54,007 nucleotides of DNA from Prorocentrum cordatum. Lineage: Eukaryota. The stretch covers positions 62,001 through 116,007 of the forward strand of contig CAUYUJ010000273.1 of the NCBI GenBank assembly GCA_963575745.1, in the 5' to 3' direction. This document shows, piece after piece, positions 44,414 through 54,007 of this stretch. A model generated the notes under the pieces. It had not been told where the DNA came from and searched no databases. It saw nothing but the letters and a program-made list of their open reading frames with translations. Numbering within the stretch: the stretch's first letter is position 1; every line of letters starts with the position of its first letter. The translations under genes and the position numbers were made by a program.

Positions 44414-46887
44414 CCCTCCCCCTGCCCTCTACCCCTGGACCTGGAGCGTGCAAGATGGCCTCGGCGAGGAGACCCGCATGACTGTTGTTACTGAGGTTTG
44501 GGCCACAGTCGGACCTCTCGGGTGGGAGGCCCTACTGAGGTACGATCCCTCCTTTGATCGACCTCCTTCAAGATGGCCCCAAGATGGCCCCCGAGGCTCC
44601 CGAAGGTGCCCCAAGAAGGTCCCGAGAGGTGCCCAGGAAAACCCAGGAGGCCCCCCAAACGCCCCGAAGATGCCTCGAAAAGGCTACCAAGAAACCCCCA
44701 AGAGGCCCCAAGAAGCCCCTCAGAGGCGCCCAAGACGCCCCAAGAGGCCTCCGGGACTGCCAAGAAACCTCCAAGACATCCCAAGAGGACTCCGAAAAGC
44801 TTTCGAAACGCATCCGAAGATATTCCGAGAGGCATCATGAAGCATCTTGCCTTTCTGCTCGCCCCTCCCCTCCTCCTCCTCCTCCTCCTCCTCCTCCTCC
44901 TCCTCCTCCTCCTCCTCTTCCTCCTCCTCCTCCTCGTTCCTCCTGTGGGAGCTGTAGTTGCCTCATGATCAAAACTCTGGCTGTGACCTGCGGCCACAAG
45001 TCTGCCAAAGGAGAGCAGAACTTCAGACGCATAGGGCTTTTGGCCCCACCCTAAGGGTATGCCCTTGAAGGTGAAGGAGGCCCTACATTGGCGCGATGCC
45101 AACAGGGCCATCGCGAGAGCTAATGCGCACGTGCATGTGTAAGTGTGTGTGTGTGTGTCTTGTCGGTCTCTCACTGACAACAGACGAGCTGATCTGGCAA
45201 CATGTCGTCTTAATTGTTTCCGTACGATTGTGTACTTCGGAAGCGATCTCATGCCGATTCTCCTCCTCCTCCTCCTCCTCCTCCTCCTCCTCCTCCTCCT
45301 CCTCTGCTTCCTCCTCCTCCTCCTCCTCCGATTCCTCCTCCATGCTTCCCCTCTTGGGGTATGACGTCTTACCCAGCCCTTTAGTCCACTGCATGCCTCT
45401 CCACATGCCTGATCGGGGCAACTCGCCCGGGCATCGCTTCTGATGGGCTGGTGGGGTCACACGCGAATCGTCTGGAATATCTGAACCATTCTTCCTCGGT
45501 GAGAGCATACGCCGCAAACAGGCAGAGAAGCCGAAGCCGAACGACTGACGCTCGGCGTCCTGTACAACAGTCGGCGGCCGCCGCGGCCTCCACAGTGCCG
45601 TTGCCCGCTGCGCGGCTGCAGCCGGGAGGGCCTGAGGCCGCCCCCTGCCCAGCCGGAGGTGCATGCGCTGCTTCGCCCGCGGCGGGAGCCGCTGCACCGG
45701 CCCAGCCGGAGGGGGGGCCGATGCAAATTGGCAGAACACCGAAGTCAACAACGAGCCGCCTTCTGGCAAACCGCTCGGGTCAACGTATGCACACGAAGCG
45801 GGCATGTGCTGTATGCCCAACGGTCCTACAACCCCGCGTGTCGTTTTGCGAGCTGTGTCCTCCCCGTGCTGCTGCTGCTTCTGCTGCTCCCGTGCCCAGA
45901 GAGGCGCGCACCCACGGGATGGCTGCCTCCTCACTCTTCAATCCAGAAAACTAAACTGGGCGCTGGCCGAAAGGACAGCAGGGCAGGGCCATCTGCGCCT
46001 ATCCAGCGCCAACGCCCTACACCCTGGCGGACTTGACGCCGCGAATCAAGCAAATCTAATTCTCTGCCTAGTTGGAACTTGAAAATACCCTTCCAGGCTC
46101 CACGAATCCCCAATGATCCTCCTGGCTCCTCCTGGCGATCTCGATCCCGTGAAGGGGCTCGCCCCACCCCATCCCATCCCCACGTCATCTGGTGCAAGCA
46201 AGCCGCGCCACGACTTACAAGGCGGCAGCGCGTACCTGAGCGGTTATGTATGGCAGGGCCCGCAAGCGAGATGCGTGCGAGTGAGGAGCGAGAGTCGTAG
46301 TGAGGCGGGGGGGCACACGAGCACAGACGCTGGGATGGGGGGAGGAAGATGAAGAGAAGGGGTGCGCCAGGAGTAGCAAGCGGAGGAGAAGCCAGGGAAG
46401 CATGAAGAGGATAGGAGGAGGGAGGGGGTGGGGGCAAGCTAGGTGCGCTCGCGTCAAATCTGACGTCATACCCCTCCCTCCCATCCCTAACCATGGCGTA
46501 GATCTCATCTCTATTCGAACAGTCGGAGGTCGAGCAAGGCAATGATCCCGAGAGGGTGCGCGATGCATCGTAGAGCACGGCATAGCAGGGCGTAGAAGAG
46601 CACGGCAGAGAGTAGTATGTCATAGCATGCCGTGGCGTTGCGTAGTAAAGACTTGCGTCACAAAGCATTGCAATGCAAATAATGGCATCGCACAACGGCA
46701 CAGAACAGAACACGGCATAACATGACGTTGAAGATCAAAGCGTAGCATGGCATAGCATGGCGTGGCACTGCGTAGTCAAGCACTGCATATCCTAGCATTG
46801 CAGCTGAAGGCATGGCATCGCACAGCGAAAAACAACGTAGCATTGCATTGCATGTCGTGGTATGGCACTGGAAATAATGACGCCAGC

Positions 46888-47060
46888 GCTGCAGCGGGAG
46901 CACGATTCGGAACGAGCGGAAGCACGGAAATGAGGCCACCGCTGCAGCGGGAGCACGATTCGGAACGAGCGGAAGCGCGGAGATGAGGCCATCGCTGCGG
47001 CGGGAGCACGATTCGGAACGAGCGGAAGCCCGAACATGAGGCCAACGCTACAACAGGAAC
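46888..47060. repeat. 53-bp tandem repeat, three full copies plus a partial
   Basis: GCTGC(A/G)GCGGGAGCACGATTCGGAACGAGCGGAAGC..ATGAGGCCA starting at 46888, 46941 and 46994. Confidence 0.92.
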
Positions 47061-48099
47061 AGAATTTTCTATTCAATCAAACCCAAGCGAAAACCCAACT
47101 CCCGGGAATTCCCTGTGTAAGAAAACAATATGCGGGGGGGCCGAACATCTTCTGGACTTCATCAGGGGAGAGAGGAGAGTAGTATTCATATTCTGTAATT
47201 GTGAAGAGGGGGAGGAGGAAGGAGCAGGGACGACTCAGGGAAGGAGGGATGGCGAGCCAGGGGAGGAGAAGGAGGAGGAGGAGGACCAGTGTAAACCCAA
47301 GATTCATCAACGATGTTACAATAAACACTCCCTCCAAGTTCCCTCTTCATTGGCCCCTGGCAACATCCATTTCACTGCGGGAGATGCCCCGTTGACAGAC
47401 AACCGTTTGGAAAAACCTGAGCCGTGCCAGAACACCGTCCCTGGTACTTCAACGCCGCGGATTGGCGTTGCTGTTGCGTCTTGACGATCCTGAATCGCAC
47501 CAGAACGCCGCTCCTGGGACTTCATTCAACACCGCAAATCAATGTGACTGCTGCATCCTGACAAGTCTACATCGTGCCGGAACACGATATTTCTGGGACG
47601 TTAGCTATGAGAACTCTTGAACATGCTGTAAACGATTCAAACGAATGTGCGCAGCGCTGAGGCGAGAAACACATGCTGGAAAAGAGCCGACCTCCATCCG
47701 TGAAGCGCTTGCAGCTGTTTGACACGAAGGTGCGCGACACTGCGGCGAGAGCTGCACTCTGAAGGGAACCGCCCTCGACCCGTGAAACTCTTGAAAACTG
47801 GTGCAACGAACATGAGCGGCACTAGATCGAGAGCCACACGTTTTGAAAACTGCCCCCCTCGACCCGCGAAACTCGTTCAACGTGCGCGGCGCGAATGCGA
47901 GAACCACATGTTGGAAACTGCTCCGAACTCGGTATGTGGAACTCTTACACTGGTTCCTTGACAAAACACAGAACGAATGCGCCACATCTTGGAAGCGGCC
48001 CGCCCTCCCTCCGTGACACCGCCGCAAGGTTTAAGCCTCGGGATCATACATGGGGAGGAAATATTTGACGATACGCCCAGCCCGCTCTTCACCATGTCC

Positions 48100-48121
48100 A
48101 TTACCATGATCAACCTTATCC

Positions 48122-48184
<63 letters not shown>

Positions 48185-48186
48185 CT

Positions 48187-48238
<52 letters not shown>

Positions 48239-48278
48239 GCATCATCATCATCATCATCATCATCAGCAGCAGCATCAG

Positions 48279-48309
<31 letters not shown>

Positions 48310-48336
48310 AGCAGTATCACCATCATCATCATCATC

Positions 48337-48404
<68 letters not shown>

Positions 48405-48408
48405 GAAG

Positions 48409-48449
<41 letters not shown>

Positions 48450-48453
48450 GAAG

Positions 48454-48485
<32 letters not shown>

Positions 48486-48487
48486 CC

Positions 48488-48522
<35 letters not shown>

Positions 48523-48623
48523 GCCACCATCATCATCATCATCAGCAACATCAGCAGCATCATCAAAAGATCGTCGTCATCATCATCATCATCATCATGA
48601 ACATCATCATCATCATCATGAAG

Positions 48624-48694
<71 letters not shown>

Positions 48695-48695
48695 T
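48100..48695. repeat. (CAT)n microsatellite
   Basis: Directly visible. Confidence 0.98.
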
Positions 48696-49990
48696 ATCTG
48701 GAGCGCCCCTGATCAGCAGCACTGGCCAGAGGCCAGCACAGTTTTAGGCGAAACGCTCGGCCCGACCTACGGACTGGTCTCGGGGTGCGACAGGGAGGAG
48801 TCATCTACAGTGGAGGCCAGTCTACGAGAAACCTTCCAAAAGAAACCCACAACCCTGAGACCCGAGGACTTCCATGGACTTTTGGTGTGGGAACGTCGCG
48901 CTCTCCACAGCAGAACCATCGAAACCCGAGAAGCCCAGGGCGCCCTGGAGGCAAGCAGGGTGCTTCTTGGCATGGGCCTCCACCTGTATGGACGAGGAGG
49001 ACGAAGACGGAGGATTGTGCTACGCCGATGGCCGCGGACGACGCCGGCGCCGCGGCACCCAGGGGTTCGGGACAGCCCGCACCACGGATCTCCCCCGCAG
49101 AACGGAGGGGCCCCAGTGCCGCCCCACACGCCCAGGGTGCAAGACGGGCACAGCGCGTGGCGCGCCAGGACGACGACGAGGACGAGGCTTCCAGAGGAAG
49201 GGAGGCAGGGAGGGCGGGGGGGGGGGGGGAAGGGGGGGGGGGGGGAGGAGGAGGACAGGGAGGCCCAGGGACGAGGGAGCAGAGGGCCGAGGGAGCGGGG
49301 TGGAGGAACGGATGGGATGCAGCCCAGTTCGATTGGAGAGAGCACGCGAGAGGACACGAGACCGTCCCGAGGGCCGCATTGCCAAAGGAATGTAGAAGGC
49401 ATGAGTCGTTGAGCTCAGGACGCCAGGATATCCTTCACTTGGCTGGGTCGGCCTGCTGATCAAGCTCGATTGTACAAGGACCAGGGAAAGAAGAGAGATG
49501 CTGGACAGGAGGGGGCGCTTCTGTCCGCCAGCCCCACCCGGGGGCGCCAGGCTGCGAGTCCTCGATGAACCGCTGTCCTGTGGCGTCTCGGGTCTTCTTA
49601 CCTGCGGTCCTGCGTCGCACGTCCTGTCCCTTCAGAAGGAGAAGGAGGAGGAGGAGGAGGAGGAGGAGGAGGAGGAAGAGGAGGAGGGAGGGGGGGAGGG
49701 GGGAGGGGTAGGAAGAGGGGTAGTAGTAGGAAGACGAGGAGGAGTAGTAGGAGGAGGAGGAGGACGAGGAGGAGGAGGAGGCCCACGACACCAGGAGGCC
49801 CCACCCAAGGAAGCGGGCACTCAGCCCCCCAGTCGATCCCGGCTGCCCCAGAACTCCTATGGGGGGACGACACCATACCGCCAAGACAGCCCAAGAGGCC
49901 TTCGGAACAGCCCCCGAGAAGGACCTGAGAGCCCACGGACGGCTCGGGATGGCTCAAGGAGGCCACGAAGACCCGAAAAGGCTACCCTTA

Positions 49991-50422
49991 GGTCGGGCAT
50001 GTCCCACTACAGGGGGACTCTGGACGAACGATAAAAAGTAATCCCCAAAAATACCTCCAAAGTGATCCACGATAGTCAAAAAATCGTCCCTGGACTATTG
50101 TTTGATCATTGTTGAATACTCCTCCTGTGGAGGGACGGGCCCGGCTTCAGGCCACCCGGAGGCCGCAGGACACCCCCCCCTCCTCCCCGCGAGAGCGGGC
50201 GAGGCCCCGGGAGGACTCCCCTCGAGGGCCCCAAGCACGACCGTCAGGTCGGGCACGTCCTCCTATACAGGCGGGTTTGGGCCGACGTGTAAGAAATAGT
50301 CATGTATTTTCTATATATCTATATAAATGTCCAAAAAGACCCCCCCCACAAAAACAGAAGAATCATCCCCAGAGTTTTTAACTGTTTTCGGATATTCCTC
50401 CTGTAGAGGGACACGCCCGACT
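49991..50422. mobile_element. Two adjacent PIF/Harbinger-like MITE copies (49991-50146 and 50247-50422)
   Basis: Same TIR as 31621-31774. Flanks are TTA/TCA and TCA/TCA. Confidence 0.75.
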
Positions 50423-51213
50423 TCACACGACCCCGAGGTGGCCCCGTCTGGGGGGGGGGGGGGAGGGGCGGGCGGCGGCGGCCGGCGCAGCTCCTGGGAT
50501 ATTTCAGGCCGGCCCTGCTGGCCCTGGCGGACACACAAAAAGCTCCCCGCAGAGCCAGGCCCTCCAGGCCCGCTGTGACCGGGGGCCGGGGCGCACCTCG
50601 CGAGACCTGCAGACGAGACCAAGCGGGGCCCTCCCCGGCCTCGGCTTCCTCGTCCGACCCTCCTCCTCGCCCTCCTCGCCCGTGGGTGCTGCCGGGCACA
50701 TGTCGCTTGGTATCTGGCTGCGCTCCACGGCGAGAGCGGAGCATCCTCATGGACTCCCACGTTCTGCTGACGCGGGCCGAGTGCCTGGCTTCCGGCCGCA
50801 CAGCATCACCCGTGCATCGACGCCGAGGAAGCGCGGCATGAGGGCAGACCCGCCTCCGGCGGAGCCAAGATTCGATCTCAGCGCCAGCTCGAGACAGCAG
50901 CAGCACTGCACAAACGCCACGCAGAGGCGTCATATGAAGAACCCTGCGCCCAGATTTTGGGGCCACGACGGGGCACACCGACAAGCGCAACGGCCTCTGC
51001 TGTGTGTGGTGTTGTGGGTGCTGCGCCTCCCTGCCTGCCCCTCCCTGTGAAGTGTGCAGATCCCCCGCTGTCGGCCACGGGGTTGAGACACCCCTGGAAG
51101 GCGAGGCGGAGGAGGCGCGAGAGCGAGAGCGAGAGCGCGAGAGCGAGGGCAGGAAGGAGGAAGAGCAAGACGGAGAGAGACCGGCGGCTCAAAGGGGGGC
51201 GGGCCGAGGCGTG

Positions 51214-51391
51214 CAGTCAACCCCTATCACAGGGACGCACGATATAAGGGTGCAAGGGCCTCGGAGAGCCATGCCAGCACTTTGCAGGCGGGGCGCAGCC
51301 AGCAGAAGCGGCCAAGGGTGGGCGGAAGGGGAAGGATGCAAGGGCAACCTTGGAATGGAGAGTCGCTCGTCCCTACTATGCGGGTTGACTG
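51214..51391. mobile_element. Tc1/mariner (pogo-like) MITE, TIR CAGTCAACCC; its right end is duplicated at ~51596-51645
   Basis: CAGTCAACCCCTATCACAGGGACG at left vs CGTCCCTACTATGCGGGTTGACTG|TA at right. The left flank is TG rather than TA. Confidence 0.6.
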
Positions 51392-51397
51392 TACTAG

Positions 51398-51592
51398 GGG
51401 CCTCCTGGATGGGGTCGGAGTAGATGGGGTCGGATGATCGCGCTGCATCGTCGACGTGGGAGATGCATCCGCGACGGCGACGTGACGCACATCGGGCTGC
51501 ACATCGAGCCGCATCGGCTATGCATCGCCGATGCATCGGCGATGGGGCGCGATCCTCCGACACCATCTACTCCGGCCCTCTCTAGGAGACCC
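51398..51592. mobile_element. Foldback MITE with ~45-bp TIRs and GCATC/GATGC internal repeats
   Basis: GGGTCGGAGTAGATGGGGTCGGATGATCGCGC at left vs reverse complement GGGCCGGAGTAGATGGTGTCGGAGGATCGCGC at right. TSD not evident. Confidence 0.75.
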
Positions 51593-52664
51593 AGACAAGG
51601 GCAACCTTGGAAAGTCGCTCGTCCTCACCGTGCGGGTTGACTGTGCAGGGCTCGAGCTCTGGGGGCTCGAGTTTGCCCGGCGGGACCGTGGGGAAAGCAA
51701 GGACGGGCCCCGGCCAAGAAAAAAATCGATCCAGAGACCCCAGCTGCAGGCATCTCTCTCGGACAAGACGGGGCCGTCCAGACCTCGCTGCCGGGGGGGG
51801 CCGCCAGAACGCGGCGGCAGAGGGCCGAGAGTTCTGGCGCCAGCTCGAGCCCCACGCCTCCCCGATCCTGGGTCTGGACGCTCGCGGATGGGTGCGGGAA
51901 GGAGGTGCACGACTGCAAACGGCGAGCGGCGTCCAAAACCGCCAGCGGCCGCCGTGGGCCGGGGGCCTCCCGGCCCCAGCGGACGACGCCACGCGACGGC
52001 ACCGACAGCGAGTCCTGCTCAAGACGGACAGGCACTGCTGTCGATCGTTGTCGTCGTTGGTCGCTCTCGCTATCGTCGTCGTTGTGATCGCTGTGATCGT
52101 CGTGATCGTCGTAGCCGTTGTCCCCGTGCCCAGCTCGACCGTACAGACCAGGGGGAGGGGTCGCCGGGCTCGGCGGCCTGCGCCCTCCCCAGGGCCCTCT
52201 GCTCCTGCCTTGGGGCGCACGGGGACATGCCAATTTCAATATCGGAGGCGCGCGCGTCCGACCCGAACATGTCGTGTACCCATCCTGCAGCGCGTCGTTT
52301 CTCGAGCGGTGCGGCCAGAAGGCGCCCGCCACGACGCACGTGCTACACGACTTCTCGGCGCGCGCGTCGCCCCTGGAGGGGCGACGCACACGTGGTGCTC
52401 GTATGCTGGGGTGACGCCGATGCCTGGCTGTCCCGACAGGTGGCGCCGGAGCCCATCTCTGCCGCCTCCTGCTCGTTCTCGGAGCCGTGTGGCTCCCCCG
52501 GCACTGGTCGGCGGCGCGCGCGCACGCCGAGGGGGGAAGCGAGAGGGGGCTTGCCTTAGGTCGGGCGTGTCCTCCTACAGGCGGATTTCGGGCGAACTAT
52601 TCTGGCGAAAGGCCCAACCGTATGCAGATAGTGGGTAACGCAATTGTGAAGCTCCCAGTGCTAG

Positions 52665-53714
52665 GGCTACCGCCCGCATGCGTCCCCCCCCCCACCCAGT
52701 ACAGCGTTTCGTGGCCCCATAGGGAGCTCCACCGAAGCCTCCAGTGCTACCGCCCGCATGCTCTCCCCCCCCACCCAGTGCAGCGCTTCGTTGCCCCATA
52801 GGGAGCTCCACCGAAGAAGATATTCGGTGGGGCCCCCCATGGGGCCACGAAGCGCTGCCCTGGGTGGGAGGGGACGCATGCGGGCGGTGACACTGGGGCC
52901 TTCGGTGGAGCTCCCCATGGGGCCACGAAACGCTGTACTGGGTTTGGGGGGGACGCATGCGGGCGGTCCACCTGGAACCTTCGGTGGAGCTCCCTATGGG
53001 GCCACGAAACACTGTACTGGGTGGGGGAGACGCATGCTGGTTGTGGCACTGGGGCCTTCGGTGGATCTCCCTATGGGGCCACGAAACGTGTGAGGGGTGT
53101 GCCAGATTGGGTTTTCGGGACGCATGCGGGCCGGTCCCACTGTGGGCCTTCGGTGGATCTCCCTATGGGGCCACGAAACGTGCGAGGGGTGTGCCAGATT
53201 AGGTTTTCGGGGCGCATGCGGGCGGTCCCACTGGGGCCTTCGGTGGATCTCCTTATGGGGCCACGAAACATGTGAGGGGTGTGCCAGATTGGGTTTTCGG
53301 GACGCATGCGGGCGGTCCCACTGTGGGCGTCGGTGGAGCTCCAATGGGGCCACGAAACGTGTGAGGGGTGTGCCACATTGGGCTTTCGGGGCGCATGCGG
53401 GCGGTCCCACTGGGGCCTTCGGTGGAGCTCCCTACGGGGCCACGAAACGTTTGAGGGGTGTGCCAAATTGAGTTTTTGTGGGGCCACGAAACGTGTGAGG
53501 GGTGTGCCAAATTGGACTTTCGGGACGCATGCGGGCGGTCCCACTGGGGGCTTCGGTTGAGCTCCCTATGGGGCCACGAAACGCTATAGTGGGTGGGTGA
53601 AACGCAGGGAGGTGGGAGGAGGGTGAGGGAGGAGGGAAGAAGGAGGGAGGAGGAGGAATGCGGGGACCGTCTCCTCAAAACGAGGACTCAACACCACAGG
53701 ATGGTTGGGAAAAA
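52665..53714. repeat. Satellite-like array (~75-90-bp units) with an internal orientation switch and a hairpin tail
   Basis: Unit GCATGCGGGCGGTCCCACTGGGGCCTTCGGTGGA(G/T)CTCCCTATGGGGCCACGAAACG.. repeated about ten times on +, with two inverted units before ~52818. Tail AAAACGAGGACTCAACACCACAGGATGGTTGGGAAAAA at ~53677-53714. Confidence 0.9.
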
Positions 53715-54007
53715 TATGCCACAAGTACCTAAATATAACCAAAACTCAAACAATCGTCCCCGTACTATTGTTCTACTGTTTTTGGATGTTCCTCCTCGAA
53801 GCCCGCGCGCCTGCCGAGGAGGCGCCCTCCCGGCGTCGGGGAGGGCTCCGAGAGCCTCTCCCGGAAGGCCGCGGGGGGGCCACTGCCGAGCCTCAGCCGG
53901 GGGACGCCCCCGCCAGCGTTCCCCCTGGGCTCGCCCTCGAGCCGAGGAGGAGAGCGGAGGAGGAGGAGGAGGAGGAGGCGCCAGGAGGAGCCAGGAGGAG
54001 GAGGAGG

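Noticed and set aside
46888..47060. Regular repeats resembling a CRISPR array
   Set aside because: The intervening parts are also repeated, so it is a plain 53-bp tandem repeat. There are no cas genes and the context is eukaryotic.
52665..53600. Satellite as a CRISPR-like repeat-spacer array
   Set aside because: The variable segments are homologous to each other rather than unique spacers.

Overview
GC-rich eukaryotic genomic DNA, most likely from a dinoflagellate (inferred from a degenerate spliced-leader relict, the LINE protein motifs and the microsatellite types). The window is almost entirely repeats, and I found no intact cellular gene, rRNA, tRNA or CRISPR array. It holds three decayed minus-strand non-LTR retrotransposons (14.6-18.8 kb, 29.0-30.6 kb, 37.6-40.3 kb). 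It also holds a putative ~5.3-kb non-autonomous Helitron (19728-25042) carrying two convergent decayed ORFs, a second Helitron 3' end at ~10.0 kb, and a decayed Cys-rich gene behind the spliced-leader relict (0.1-2.8 kb). Long CATA/CATG, CAT and GGA microsatellites, several satellites and many MITEs fill the rest. The most notable signal is a set of at least five unrelated MITE families that share one end signature (5'-T[C/G/A]...GA-3', mostly G-rich TIRs) and exact 5-bp target-site duplications. One ~160-bp family is present six times, all in the same orientation, within 8 kb. I cannot match this signature to a standard eukaryotic DNA-transposon superfamily. Most ORFs in the supplied track are artefacts of high GC content and simple repeats.
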